A stretch of DNA of 63,342 nt from Octopus bimaculoides. Its lineage: Eukaryota. Both the position numbers and the translations under genes were made by a program. Shown in pieces: positions 37,630 through 52,014 of this stretch. The notes beneath the pieces are model-generated. The model searched no databases. It saw only the letters and a list, made by a program, of their open reading frames with translations, and was not told the DNA's origin. The stretch covers positions 4,954,207 through 5,017,548 of the forward strand of contig NC_068997.1 in NCBI RefSeq assembly GCF_001194135.2, read 5' to 3'. Position 1 is the stretch's first letter. Each line of letters starts with the position of its first letter.

Positions 37630-39200
37630 GATTACTGCTCTGTCCTTTAGAGTGGGCTTCTTTTGGGGATTTATGATCCACTGATGAGATATATATATTT
37701 ATTTATATATGTCTTATTCACACACACACACACACACACACACCCATATATATATATACACACACACACACACACCCATACTATGTACCCTGCACTAAAA
37801 GAATTCTACTGACAAGTTTCATAAATGGAATTGAGACCAGGTATTGCAATCAATCCATCAAAAGTAACCAGCTTTTATAATGTAGCTTCTTTCTCTTCTT
37901 TTTTCTATCCTCCAAATCTTACCTCAAATATGGTTCTGATGACATTGAAATCATATTCATTGACATTACCTAAATGATGACATTTTTACATTAGAAATAT
38001 TTTAATTTAATTTAAAATAATTTTTGTTTTTATTTTTTTACTATTCTAATTAAGATAATTACAAACATTAATAATATACTAAATTCTTTTGTGAAGCAAA
38101 ATTATATTTTTATTATTAAATTTTGAAACATTCCAGTTTGTGTTATAAACTTTAGCTGCCATTCTTATAAGACACTTTGTAATTTTTCATCATCCTCATC
38201 ATCAGCCAGGTCAGCTTCAAATTATATCCTAATGTCTTCAGAAATAAATTATCTTTTGATAAGACAAAAGGTAGAACACCTTGGGTCATAAGTTTATTTG
38301 ATCAGAGTTGACCTGGACTAAACAACAAAACTGCATTTTTTTCTGTTTTTTTCTTTTTCTTTTTGTGATGGGCACCAAATAAGCTTGATTAAATCAAATC
38401 ATTAAATACTGTATCATCAATGTTTGGTACCAATGATTTAGAATGTTTATGTTGGAATGTCAGTATCAAAATCCTGATTATATCCTGTTGACATGACATG
38501 ATGGGTCTGTCTAACAGAACATCTACATAATGTATAAACAACATATACATACATATATATACACACACTAATCACCACAGACACATATATCTATCTATCT
38601 ATATATATATATATATATAGTGGTTGGCGTCAGGAAGGGCATCCAGCCATAGAAACCATGCCAAATCAGACTGGGGTCTGGTACAGCCCTTCAGCTTGCC
38701 AGTCCTGGTCAAACCATCCAACCCAAGCCAGCATGGACAATGGATGTTAAATGATGATAATATATGTATATATATCATTCCCATCAAGTATGTTGTTGCT
38801 ATCAAGAACTGTTGTCATCTTACATTTCAGAAATGTTGAGGTTAATTGTTTGAGGTGCCACTCTGCTGCAGACATAACTCATTTTCAGCTGAGTGGACTG
38901 GAGCAATGTGAAATGAAGTGCTTTGCTTAAGGATACAATGTACTACCTAGTCTGAAAACTGAACCTATGAGCTGACAATCATAAATTCAGTTGCCTAATC
39001 ACTTCTCTGTGTGCCTTCACTCTCTATATACATTTGTGTGTGTATATGCATATATATACATACATACATTCATACATACATATACATACACACACACACA
39101 CACATAGGGAGAATTCACAAAAATAAAAATAAAAGACGAAGACAGGTGGTGTAGACAACAAACAGATGTATTAGTATAACGCTTGGGAAGTGAAAAAGTA

Positions 39201-39223
39201 TTTAACGTTTCAAGCCTACACTC

Positions 39224-39227
<4 letters not shown>
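39201..39227 (-). repeat. Degenerate minimal hammerhead, third family, 5'-truncated by (TA)n
   Basis: Minus strand TGA-A-GAGT-GTAG-GCTT-GAAAC-GTT-AAA. Confidence 0.45.
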
Positions 39228-39287
<60 letters not shown>

Positions 39288-40357
39288 ATACACATACATT
39301 CATACACTCATGTGTGCTCATAGCTCATAACCTTATATGTGTACCAAAAGAGATGGTGAGATGGAGGCTGGTGTGGGTTGATGATAATTGAACATAGAAA
39401 GGGTGAACATATAGTTCTATAGGGGTCAAGATATGTTCATTGGTTCCTGTAAGGTATGATACTTAAAAAGATGGTAAATTACACACAAATGTTAGGCTGC
39501 ACAAACAAGAGAAAGAAAACCCAGTTCACATAGTAAATTAATTCAGAAGCAGCTAATGATTCACTGTCACTTCTCTCATTTTTAATTATTTGTTGTAAAA
39601 AAAAAAAAATATTAAAAAGATATACTATTCAAATTTTTCTTGTAGAAATAAATAACCAATTTCAATTTTTTTAATCATAAAAAAAAAAGCTATACATATA
39701 AATAATTGAAAAGTGTTTTAAACGTTTTACCCAAACAAATTTCTTTCCATGTCATATAAATTGATGGAATTTTAAAAGTGAGTCAAAACTAGATGATATT
39801 GTTTGAAACCCCAAGACATTTATATTTCACTTATTTTTCTATATAACAATAGTTTGTATCTCTTTGTATTTTTGTACCTTTTGGTTGAGTTTTCTTCATA
39901 TATCTATCAAGTCATTTATATAATGGAGAATCTTGTCAATAAAAAGATGAATATTTTTAAATCCTACTTGGTTTTGTTTTTAATGCTTATGTTAGCATAT
40001 TAGTTTTGAAAACAATGAAAAATTTAATAAAACAACTTTGTCATTATTAAACTGGTGTTTGGAACATGAATAAACATGAAACTTTGGTAGAAGGTTTTAA
40101 CTTAAAACACTTTAAAACACAAAGTTGGTATCTTACAACCAGAAGCAGTTTCAGGTGAGTTAGCACCAAGAGTTAAACTCTGATTTTTCCATTAATGTTG
40201 TTGTGTATCTCTATGTCAGCTCTGAACTAGCAGACCTATGATCACCAGTCTTCCAGTGCCATTTTCACAGCCATAATGTATCTACATTACACAATATGTC
40301 CTTTTTCTTTCTCAATATGACTGTAAAATGTAATTTGAGGACGATTTAATTGATATA

Positions 40358-41377
40358 TTGGGTTGGTAACTAAGTTCCCACCGTTTTTTTAAATTTTGGA
40401 ATTTATTGCATTTTTAAATTTTGGAATTTATTGCATTTTTAAATTTTGGAATTTATTACTTTCAAGAATTCTATTTTTGAATCATTTTGTTTAGTTTTTT
40501 TTCCTAGTTACTTTTAGTTAATTTTTGTTTATTTTCAGATCATTAAAATGGAATGTCAAGTTAAGAAAAACGAGCATTGTCGACACCTCCTTCTTTTTGT
40601 TTTTAATCAAGGTTCTAAGGCCGCAAAAGCTGTTTGCAACATTTGTGCTGTGTATGGAGAGGGTGCCATAGCTGAAAGAACCGCTTGTGATTGGTATGCC
40701 AAGTTCAAAAATAGAAATTTTGACCTCAAAGACGCACCTCATTCTGGCTGTCCAGTTGAGTTCGATGAAGAGTGATTAAACCAACTTTTGCATGAAAATT
40801 CTTGTCACAACAAGGGAAACAAGATCTTCATCCGTGTAAAACGATGTTGTGCGTATGGTGGGACTGGGAAGGGATTATCCATTACAAATTGCTTGAATGG
40901 AACCAAACGGTCCACGCAGAACTCTATGTTCAACAGATGGAATGACTCAACATAGCTATTCAGGAGAAAAGACCTAATGAGCAGCATGGAGTTCTTCTGA
41001 TGCACGACAATGCCCGCCCTCATATCACCAATATGACCAAGGAAGCCATTCAAATGCATGGCTGGGAAGTGCTGCCACACCTGCTATACTCTCCTGATTT
41101 GGCACCAATGAATTTCCACCTCTTTCGAGCTCCTTCAAATGCTATGCGCGGAGTTTCGTTCAATCCTGATGCAGAATTGAGAGCTTGGTTGGATCAATTT
41201 TTCAAGTCGAAATCGGGTGATTTCTACCAACAAGGTATCAAAAATCTTGTTGAACGTTGGAAAGATGTTGTAAACAACAAGGGTGAATACATTATTGATT
41301 AATTAGTTGTTATTTTTTATTAAACCTTTAAAAAAATTTTAATTTAAAAATCGGCAAGAACTTAGTTGCCAACCTAA
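40358..41377 (+). mobile_element. mariner element (mellifera-like), internally deleted, defective
   Basis: TA|ttgggttggtaactaagttc ... gaacttagttgccaacctaa|TA TIRs. Frames MECQVKKNEHCRHLLLF and HDNARPH...YSPDLAP.NFHLF. Confidence 0.9.
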
Positions 41378-42849
41378 TATTTAACAGTTGGAGCAGCCAC
41401 ATAGAAGCTCAGAGCTGGAATATTTTTGAGAAAGAAATCTTATTCAGGACTAACCTGGGGCTAAAGAACAACTGTGACAGTAGAGTGAGCTACACGATCA
41501 ATTGGCTTGCTAGAAATAACAGCCAAAAATATCATAACTTACTATCTTATAAAAAAAAAAATTTACAGATTTTTTTTATGGATAATGCTGTCTGGGCATA
41601 CAAAATGAAGAGATGGTCATGGCAAAATTGTCTTTGCTTATTGGTTTAGTTTATCAGGATTAAACCTGAGGCAGCTAACAACATTAACTCAAAAGTAACA
41701 CTTTTGATGATGTTTCAATTTTTCCAAGTTCATTTGTGGGCTGGAACTGCCTACAAATTTTCAGGAATTTAACCATTTTCGAAACAATTCTTTTGTAATA
41801 GATGAAATATTAATTCTTTAAAACTTTCTTAATGATTTTTAACTGAAATGATAGGAAGTACCATATTCCTTGAGATGGGAATAGACCATATGAGGGAGCT
41901 TCTATATGATCATTCGATCTATTTGAAATAGCAGCTAAATCTCCCTGAAATCACACCCTTCTTAAAAATAGGATACACAGGACATTGTAGTCTTAAATAT
42001 AAAAACAGCTTGAACAATCATAGTTGGAATGTCTTTGATCATAGGTCTGCTCATTCAAGGCAAATAAATGGTTCTTTTAATTTAGAAGAATAATGGGATT
42101 TTATAAAAAATTAAAGTTAATTGTATTTCACTAAAACTTTAATAGTGAATAACGTTTTACATAATACAAAATTGACGCCAGTGAGGTCTTACATAGTTAT
42201 CTCCCTTTGGTATACTCCTTTTTCAATCCACACCATTTGTAAATTATACAATAATAATCAAATTTTTATTCCATAAAATAAAGCCAGCTGAGGCTTTCAT
42301 ATTGAAGATGGAATCATTTTCACAATATACAAAAAGAAATTATAACTATGAAATATTCTGTAAAAAAAAAACAAAAAAAAAACGCTTGAATCTAATCACT
42401 TATCATTCTTTTAATATTTGCTTTCCACACTTGCATGGGCAGACAGAATTTGTTGAGGCAGATTTTTTACAGCCTGATGCCCATTCTGTCACCAGACCAC
42501 ACCAGCTTCCCAGCAAGGTAATTTTTCTCCATTGTTAGTTATGTTTTTACAAGAAATTGGATATGAAGGACACTACTTTATTTCATAAATTGGCCATACA
42601 GCCTTACAAAGATGTAGCTGTGGGCTGGACAAAGACACAAATGATAATGGAATGAAAAAAATGAAAAGATGGTTGGTGAGGGAAGCAGACAATGTCCGCC
42701 AATTGCTACTTCCCCAAAACATTGTTCTCTTTTTCTCAACACTAAATGAGGTATTGAACCTCTTACCAAAGTTGTAATCATCCTTACAAGTTGAGGCGCT
42801 GAGCCTCTTACCAAAAATAACAAATTCAAATTTCAAATCGAGGCACTAC

Positions 42850-43125
42850 GTGTTTCAGTCATAAAACTGTGGCCATACTGGAGCACTACTTTGAATTTTT
42901 AGTTGAACGAATAAGCCCCAATACTTCTTTTTTTTGAGCTAAGTTACAGGGACTCAAACACCAGTTGTCAAGTAGTGGTGGTGGGACAAACATAGACACA
43001 CTTATATCTACCAAATCCACTCACAAGGCTTTGGTCGACCCAAGGCTATAGTAGAAGACACTTGCCCAAGGTACCACACAGTGGGACTGAACCTGGAACC
43101 ATGTGGTTGGAAAGCAAGCTTACCA
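42850..43125 (-). mobile_element. SINE family A, degenerate
   Basis: Contains tccactcacaaggctttggtcgacccaaggctatagtagaagacacttgcccaaggtaccacacagtgggactgaacc. Confidence 0.75.
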
Positions 43126-44384
43126 CTAAAATATTTTGTGTATTGTAGAATTATATCCAATTTATTGCACAAAATCTTATATGGACTCCAGTTGAGAACC
43201 ACTGCTGTAGAACATAGCCTTGGGAACCCTAGTGTCCTTCCATGCAGTTTACATCTTTCACTTAACTGCAATTTCAGCAGGATAGACTTAATACTAGATA
43301 TATTTACATACTAAAGGATCTCCTGGTTGAAAATGTCATCTCACCAAGAAATATTTATTATAAATCATAGCTGATGCAACTCGATCCTCATCAGCTTTTT
43401 GAAATGTCAACAATACAGTGTATAAGTCTCAGATGGATATAACAGACAGGATAGTATTACTGCTGTTAACTTTGCAGTTTTTGTTATAGTTTTATGCCAT
43501 GTAGTTTCTACAATTGATCATTGAGTTTCCTGAAAGCAATCCCAGCCAGCAATATGTGATAATCCACTTCCATGTCCAGACTGTTGTCATCAGACATTAC
43601 ACAACTCAAATATGTGAACTTTTTAACCATGTTCAGTGGCTGATTTGCAATCATCATGGTTAGAGGTTTATGTTCCTAAGCTCTGGGTTTAGGTGGTACA
43701 AGACTGTACTGTATTGACAAGCCAGACGCTAATGCCACATATTCAAATTGGTGTATAATTTTCTGGATCTCTTCTGTAGAATGAGCCACTAAGGCTGGCT
43801 CAACAGCAAAATGAAGTTGAAACAATACGTTTTGTGACATGAAAGAATTTTCCCATTACTTTTTTTACTGGTTCCTGTCATTACACAGTGGTCATGTTGG
43901 GACAGCACCTTGAAGGCTTTAGTCAGTCAAATCAACCTCAGTACTAACTTTTTAAGCCGAGTATTTATTTTATTACTAATTTTCCAGACCACTGAGTTAC
44001 AGGGAGGTAAAACAATTAACAGAAGTTGTCAAAGTGTTATGTAAAGACAAGATACTGACAGACAAACACAGATACACACACAAATATACTGGGCTTCCAT
44101 ACAGTTTTCATCAACGAAATTTACTCAGAAGATATTAGCCTGCTTAGAGTTATAGCAAGACACAAACCCAAAACCTGCAACTTCAAAGTGGTCTTTTTAA
44201 CCACACAGCTGTGCTTGTAGAAAAAAAACAAAACACCACTCCTTCAAAAAAATTCAAATAATTCATAATAAATAATTTAAAGTTTTAATTCCAGTTTTTT
44301 TAAAAATAACATAATGAAAACAATAATAATGATAATCACTATTTGTACAAATAATAAAAATTCATTTGTTTTTTTCTCTTGTTA

Positions 44385-44476
44385 CTAAGAAGCAGATTCT
44401 TTCTTCTGACTATTTGGGAGCGCATCAAATTCATCGAGAAATTTCTCTTGGCGTACAGCTGTCATGGAATAGATAT
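44385..44476 (-). CDS. COA3: Cytochrome c oxidase assembly factor 3, exon 2 (Y)IYSMTAVRQEKFLDEFDALPNSQKKESAS*
   Basis: Y.Y.S...V.QE.FLDE motif of COA3/CCDC56; phase 1 joins exon 1; TAG at 44387-44385. Confidence 0.93.
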
Positions 44477-46639
44477 CTTCAATTTGTTAAGGCAAAAAAA
44501 TTATTATTTCTGACTGAGGCACAAGGCTAGCAATTTTATGGAGAGGAGGTTAGTTAAATCAATCCAGGTACATAACTGGTACTTTATTTTATTCACCTTG
44601 AAAAAAAAACACACAAGACAAAGTTGACATCAGTGGGATTTGAACCCTGAACACGAGCTGGAAGAAATATCACAAAGCAATTTGTGTGACTATCTAACAA
44701 CTCATGTGAATCCATCACAAGGCCAGCAAATTTGAGAGGAGGGACTTAATTGATATCAGCAGCCCAAGAGGGATGAAAGGTGAAGTTGACTTAAGGAGGG
44801 ATTTGAACCAAGAATGAAGAAAGCTGAAAGAAAAACCACAAATACTTCTTCCAATACTCTACCAACTCAGCTAACCACCACCCTCCATTCATTTCACTCC
44901 CTCTTTTCCATGCTAACATGGATTAAAACTGTTTCTGATTTAGGCACAAGGCCAGCAATTTTGGGGAGAATGGGGTTAGTTGATATGACTGACTTGACCA
45001 GTAATTTGTTTTATCAACTCTGGGAGGGTTGATAATCAGCAAGATTTGAACTCAAAATGTTAGGTGAAAAATGTATTTTAAGGCATTTTTCTAACAGTTT
45101 AATGATTCAACCAATCCACCAACCTGGGTAAGAAATAATAACAACACTAAGGGGAGAGGTTTCAATACTTGACTGGAGCCCCAGAAGTATAAAAGATAAA
45201 GTTGACTTAGACAAGATTTGAACTAATTCCTACAAGCTATAATTGTTTGCTGTTCTGCTATTGTTAAAGAAAGGATAAATAAATAGCTGAGACACACCAG
45301 CTGTATGATAAAGTTCATCAGTTCAGATCTCACTGTTGCTTTTTGCCTTTGTTTCAGCAAAGTATTTAATAACACCAATTTATAACAATGACTAGTCTAT
45401 AATTTTTTTTGTAGGAGGAGGAAGGGTTTCAATACTTGACTGGAGCTTTAGGATCATCATTTTCATATCTCACTGTTGCTGTTTTGCCATTGTGTTTCAG
45501 CAAAGCATTTAAATTTTTCTGGCTGAACAAGGTCAACTCCCTATTTCACAGATGAGTGGTTAGGAGCAGAGAAGAAGCATCAAAGTGTGCACAGCATCAA
45601 CGAGGGAACCTTCTTTTACAAGGAAGCATTCGATTATATAATCTGAGAGACACTATGCCTGATTAAAGAGGGAGTGAGAATGGCTGAAATGCCTATGATC
45701 ATAGCATTGGAGTTAAACATGATCAACAAAACTATCCACCATTTCACAGGTAAGTAATCAAACAAACAAAAGCAAAAAAAAAACAAACTTCATTCTATAA
45801 ATTTACCACTCGCAGCACCCCATCCACCCTCACCTCCAATTTTCTTGGACTCTGGTTTTCGCTTAAAAGAAGCCTATATATTGAATTCTTTACCTCAATC
45901 GGCTTAATAAGTAGGCTTCACTCTTATCACATGGTTTACTGTTGTTTAGCCCCAGGTCAATATTCCTTACACAGACCCATGTGTAAGGAATCCCACCTTT
46001 CTCTGAGATAGTGTATTAGGACAACTGAATTTGTCTTTACTGTTTCATTTTAACCCTTTAGCATTCAGATTACTTTGTCAAATATAATGGTTATTTATTC
46101 ATATTGCTTTGAGTTAATGATGCTTTGTCTTGTAGCTTTGAGATTCTGATGATGTGATTGTTTATTTTTAGAAAGACAGTGTAGAATAGGTGTGAGAGGC
46201 TGGATACGACCACTTTGAACATAAAATGGGTAGAATATTTTGGTTGGATATGGCTGGTTTAAGTGCTAAAGGGTTAAGACAGTAGGGCATGAAGGTGATT
46301 TGAGTATATCTTCAGATACAGTATGTCTGAAATAAAGAACATAGTCATAACTGGAATACCTTGATCACAAGTCTTCAGGATCAGGTCTGGTCCAGGGTTA
46401 AACAACAACAAAGTAATGCTATCATTTCCTATCTTAATGCCTATATAAGAATTTCTGGCATTCCTCAACTATATAGTGGGAGAAAACTTTTCTCTCTCTG
46501 CATAAAATGTAATCAATGTTGAGCAAATCTCCACCACCAAAGAAAACAATCAGTGTAAGGACAATGTTTCACCCCTATGACCCAGTACAAGGACCAGTTC
46601 TCACTCCCTTAAGAAACAAATGTCTGTGAATAACCCAGG

Positions 46640-47040
46640 AACCTTATTCCATCTATTCATTCATCCATCTTCTCCTAGGAAGGTCATGGAGAGTTCTTGA
46701 GTTCCTCCTCCATAGGGTCCTATTAGAAACAACTATCATTGAGATTTTCTGGCTGGATTCCCAAGTGCAACCAACTGAGACTATAGGTATTATCCAATCA
46801 TCTTGTTCTTAACCTACACCTAGGTCTTCTGCCAGTTGGCTTGAAGAATCCATCTTGCAATTCTTTCCTGTGACATTCTAATCAACGTGTCCATAGTGTC
46901 AGAACCATGACCTCTCAATATGTAGTGGCTTGACCCAGAGAGGTTCCCTAATCTCCAAGCTATGCATCCTGTCAAATAATGTTACTCCAGAGACCCCTCA
47001 AAGAAACCCCATTTCAGCTGTTTGCTTCTGTTTATTTGAG
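46640..47040 (-). mobile_element. Degenerate RTE-like LINE 3' fragment
   Basis: The minus strand gives GHVIRMSQERIARWILQA followed by a GRPR-like segment. Confidence 0.55.
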
Positions 47041-47229
47041 TGAAAACACCAGTAATATTATTGTTGCTTGTAATCTTGACTAAGTAGACCTATGGTAGTT
47101 AGCTGGTCCGTTGATGGCTACATCATTCTAGATATACAATATCTCTGCTGAATTATGGACCATACTGGACTTTGCTGGTATGTGTAGTGTGGCAGTCAAG
47201 GTATGTTGCTGTCTCCACCGTCTTCTCTA

Positions 47230-47810
47230 CTTTTGTATATCTGTTGATTTGGCTGTTAGCCACAACAGATACAGGCAACATGGGTTCATTCAGAGTATGA
47301 GAGTTGTACTTCTGCATTTGTTATTGTTGTGCTATGTACCCTAGCAATGTTTGGGTGTGATAAGGTTATTGACACAAATGCTACTATTTTTGTATGAGCT
47401 TTTTGAGGCTGTCTGGAATTAATGAGAAAGATAGTATATTTAGAACAGTTTTGTAATGGTGTTCTGGGGAGTAATACAGTGTCTTAATGGAGTGAGAGAT
47501 ATGTTTTGTAGGTGGATGACTGGTAGTGTTGTGAGATATTGAAAATGTACCTGAATGTTTGTCTAAATTAGTATTTTCCAGTGTTTTTTGAAACCCAAAT
47601 CTCTATACCCTTATGTAGCATAGGTAGTGGTAGTAATTTAAAGTTAGTGTACTGCTCATTGCTCCCTTTAAGCTTTGTAACAACTCCCTAGGATATCTGT
47701 AGTCTAAAATTGGTTGAGAAGTGATGCTGTTAGGACAGAGCTGTACATATGGCTGGGGTTTGACTGAACAAGCCAATAATAGTATATCTACACAGTTATT
47801 CAACCTGAAA
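47230..47810 (-). mobile_element. Possible highly decayed Penelope-like RT C-terminal region
   Basis: LLLACS...LDYRYPRELLQS resembles the LRRICS...RGYP..LL motif of Penelope-like elements. The resemblance is weak. Confidence 0.3.
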
Positions 47811-48221
47811 TTATTAGAAGCTAAATCATCCTCAACATCTTAAGGAAAAGGAAACACCCAATGGTCCTTTTGATGAGCATTATGAGAAGTATTCTGGAAT
47901 TGAAGGAGCAAATATTGTAATTTTAAATACAGTAATTGTAGTGCCCTGACAGGGAAAGGGCAAAAAATGGCCTTTACACCAGTTGTGTGAGAGAAAAGAA
48001 AAACAACTTGTCACATTTTGCAAGGAGAAGGAAAATGACAAGTGACACCGGAAGGCTAAAAGTAAAGACTGTAGTTGTGACTCAGGAGGGTCATAATGAC
48101 TTGAAGTTAATCTGGAGATGAGAAGACATGTCACTGAAGAAGTCACAAATGGCAACAAAAGGACTTAGGCAAACACAACTGCTGGACTAATTAACTGAAT
48201 GATTAATTAAACAATTGATTA

Positions 48222-49509
48222 CAATGGTGGGCTGAAAAGTCCATAGGTTGAATATGAATGAGTGATGCTAGAGCTATGAAATCTTGCATGCATTATTTCC
48301 AAACTCTTCCTCTCAATAACTTTCTTGTTTCTTTCCAGCTAAACTGACAACTGACTGTTCAAAGCTTTCAAAAGTAACTAGAAGTGACTTCTCTTGAAAA
48401 TCAACAAAATTTGGTATTGTGGTTATCAAGTACCTACACAAAAAGGGTTTAGCCCCAACAACACTTCTGCAGACATGGTTGCTACATTAGGGGATGACAC
48501 TCTAGCTTTATCAACAGTGCAAAAGTCGACAGCTGAATTTGGGAGGGGAAGGGAGAGCTTAAAAGACAACCCAAGGTCTGGACGTCCTGTAACTCCCACC
48601 ACCAAGGAAAACATTGATTGTGTTCACCACATGGTGATAGATGAAAGGCAAGAAACTATAAATCAAATAGGCAATGCATTTAGCATATTCTGTGAATGTG
48701 TTGAGAATATTCAGCACAATGAACTTGGCATGATGAAGGTTTCTGCTTGGTGGGTGCCACGTCTTTTAACACCTGATCAAAAGCACACCAGGCTGATTAC
48801 ATCTCAGGAAAACCTGACATTGTATGAGGCAGATCCAGCTGGTTTCCTTGAACATTTCTTAACCCAGGATGAGTGTTGGCTTCATCACTTTGAGCCAGAG
48901 ACAAAGAGATAATCCATGCAGTGAATACACCCCTCCTCACCTGCTCCAAAGAAGGCCAAGGTCGTTTTATCTGCAGGGAAGGTAATGAAATCAGCTTTTT
49001 TGAGATGCAAAAGACATTGTGCGTATTGGCTATCTCCTAAAAGGCCATACCACCAACGGAGAGTACTATGCCAACTTGCTGAGGCAGTTACAAAAGGCTA
49101 TCAAGACCACACACCCAGGAAAACTGACAAAAGGGGTCTTATTTCATCAGGACAATGCTTCAGTACACAAGTCCTTGGTTTCAATAGTTGCAGTGCATAA
49201 CTGTGGCTTTGAATTGATTGATCACTGTCTTTATTCTCCTGATTTGGTCCCATCTGACTATCATTTGTTTCCCAACATTAAAAAAAAATCCCACTTAGCT
49301 GGGAACTAATAGTGCAGTGATCATAACATCATATTTGCTGTTGATGACTTGTTTGACTAACAGCATGAAAGTTTCTTCATCAATGGGACCCAAGCACTGT
49401 TTCACTGATAGAAGTGTGTGGACCACAAAGGGGACTATGTTAAAACCTTATTCTACCACATTCCACGATAGCATCTTGGTCAGCTTATGAACTTTTCAAC
49501 TGACCCTCA
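48222..49509 (+). mobile_element. Full-length defective mariner (irritans-like), antisense within the COA3 intron
   Basis: TA-flanked imperfect 30-bp TIRs (about 21/30). Transposase frames ...RESLKDNPRSGRP...WVPRLL...TQDECWLHHFEPETKR and FHQDNA...YSPDLVPSDYHLFP, with stops and frameshifts; 1288 bp. Confidence 0.9.
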
Positions 49510-50184
49510 TAGTTGATTAAATTATAGCTAACCAATTAATGAATAATAAAGTGAAATTGCACCAGTGTGTGTGTTTATTATTGGTATAATAACCGCCCCA
49601 ATACACAATAAAATTTGTTTCAGCACATGGGTACACATCAACAATCTTATAAATGAAATACAAAAACTAAAAACTAAGGAATTCCTGTTAAAGAAAATAC
49701 TGAGATATTAGCCAATCAGTTAAAAGCTGATGGTCTGATTGATGTACATGCAACTGAAATTTGCCTCTGAATTAGAGAATGAAAACAACAGCCTAGTGCC
49801 AATTGTTGGGAAATTTGAAAAAAGGAGGATAATTTCCACAAATTACAACTGCACAAAATTAACATGGCTAAAGGAAACTGATGAGTCTTTTACAGGGAAG
49901 GAAAACTATGGACTTATTTTCACCTTACTGAAGCTCATCAGCATAGTGAAGTCTATTCAAGATTGTTTTACACATACGAGTTGTCTACCTTAAACTGAAA
50001 CCCTACACTGTCAGTACATGTACAGAATATCTAAATACAGTAATTCTTGCACAAAGTAGTGCAATCAAGAGATAAATTGAACGAAAACAGTTAATTTTAC
50101 ACAATCGATGGAATTTTTGACAACCTGCGTGTGTAAACATATACATTATATCTATATATAAATATATATCATATATTTATCATA

Positions 50185-51562
50185 GTCCTCCAGGCAATAA
50201 CAGGAATTCAAGACAGGATGCCCCTGGGAGCTCCTCTATGCCAATGACTTTGCTCTAATTGCTGAGTCACTATCAGAACTAGAGGAGAAGTTTCAGGTGT
50301 GGAAGCAAGGATTAGAATTGAAGGGCCTTAGAGTCAACCTAGCTAAAACCAAAGTCTTAATACGTAGGAAGGTAGACAAAACACAAATCCCTTCAGGTAG
50401 ATGGCCCTGCTCAATCTGTAGAAAAGGTGTATGTAGAAACTCCATAAGATGTACCCAGTGTAAGCTATGGAGAAATAAGAGGTGCAGCAATATCAAAGGA
50501 AGGCTAACTGGGAAGATAGTTTTTGTATGTNNNNNNNNNNNNNNNNNNNNNNNNNNNNNNNNNNNNNNNNNNNNNNNNNNNNNNNNNNNNNNNNNNNNNN
50601 NNNNNNNNNNNNNNNNNNNNNNNNNNNNNNNNNNNNNNNNNNNNNNNNNNNNNNNNNNNNNNNNNNNNNNNNNNNNNNNNNNNNNNNNNNNNNNNNNNNN
50701 NNNNNNNNNNNNNNNNNNNNNNNNNNNNNNNNNNNNNNNNNNNNNNNNNNNNNNNNNNNNNNNNNNNNNNNNNNNNNCATGGGCCGTGACTGCTGAGGAC
50801 ATGCATAAGCTTGCAAGGAATGAAGCCAGTATGCTCCGCTGGATGTGTAATGTCAGTGTGCATACTCGACAGAGTGTAAGTGCCTTGAGAGAAAAGTTGG
50901 ACCTAAGAAGCATCAGATGTGGTGTGCAAGAGAGATGATGGCGCTGGTATGGTCATGTGGTGAGAATGGATGAAGATAGCTGTGTGAAAAAGTGTCACAC
51001 CCTAGCGTTTGAGGGAACCTGGGGAAGAAGTAGACCCAGGAAGACCTGGGATGAGGTGGTGAAGCACGACCTTTGAACATTAGGCCTCACCAAGGCAATG
51101 ACTAGTGACTGAGACCTTTGGAAATATGCTGTGCTTGAGAAGACCTGTCAAGCCAAGTGAGATCATAACCCATGGCCTATGCCAGTGGTGTAACCAGCCC
51201 ACTTATGTATAACTTTCCTTCATTGGACACTAAACTCTGCTTGCGAAGACCTGTTGAGGCAAGTGAAACCGAAATCAAATTCAATGACAGCACCACTTGA
51301 CTGGCATCTGTGCTAGTGGAGCGCTAAGAGCACCATCCCAGCGTGGTCGTTGCCAGTACCGCCTGACTGGCCCTCGTGCCGGTGGCACGTAAAAGCACCC
51401 ACTACACTCTCAGAGTGGTTGGCGTTAGGAAGGGCATCCAGCTGTAGAAACTCTGCCAGATCAGATTGGAGCTTGGTGCAGTCATCTGGCTTGCCAGTCC
51501 TCACACAAACCGTCCAACCCATGCCAGCATGGAAAGCGGACGTTAAACGATGATGATGATGA
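50185..51562 (+). mobile_element. RTE LINE 3' portion (RT domain to tail), with gap
   Basis: GCPWELLYANDFALIAE (YADD box mutated), GLRVNLAKTKVL, WYGHVVRM, conserved 3' UTR and (GAT)n tail. Confidence 0.9.
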
Positions 51563-52014
51563 CATTTAATTCGTCTTCCTCATTAGTATTAAAGAAAATA
51601 AACTATAGTTATCAAAATGTTATTGGAGTTAGCCATAAAAATCACAAGTATTTTATAAAATAATTTCACCAATACAATGTAGATTTGCAATAAAGCCGGT
51701 GTGATCGGCCACCTAGAAATAGCAACCACACTGACCTAACGTTACGCCCTACCATATTAAATAAGAAAAGAACACATTACATAATGTTATCCTAGATAAC
51801 CCCCAACAAAAAAGGGTTTTTTTAATTATATAACTGTTCGATACAAGTTCACCTGGAACTCTCACATACATTTTGTTTTAATTTGTATATGCCCAAGTTA
51901 TGACAATCATTGTCTCAACAACTGCAGATCGAATATCGATAAAATTTTGATTGAAGAGTATGAACTAAAAGAGACACAGTGGAGAACCAGTGACGAGGTC
52001 CCGAATAACAGTAA

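Noticed and set aside
48394-49309. Mariner ORFs as a domesticated SETMAR-like gene or an active transposase
   Set aside because: Premature stop at 48910-48912, frameshifts, decayed TIRs and no SET domain. The same applies to 40548-41302.
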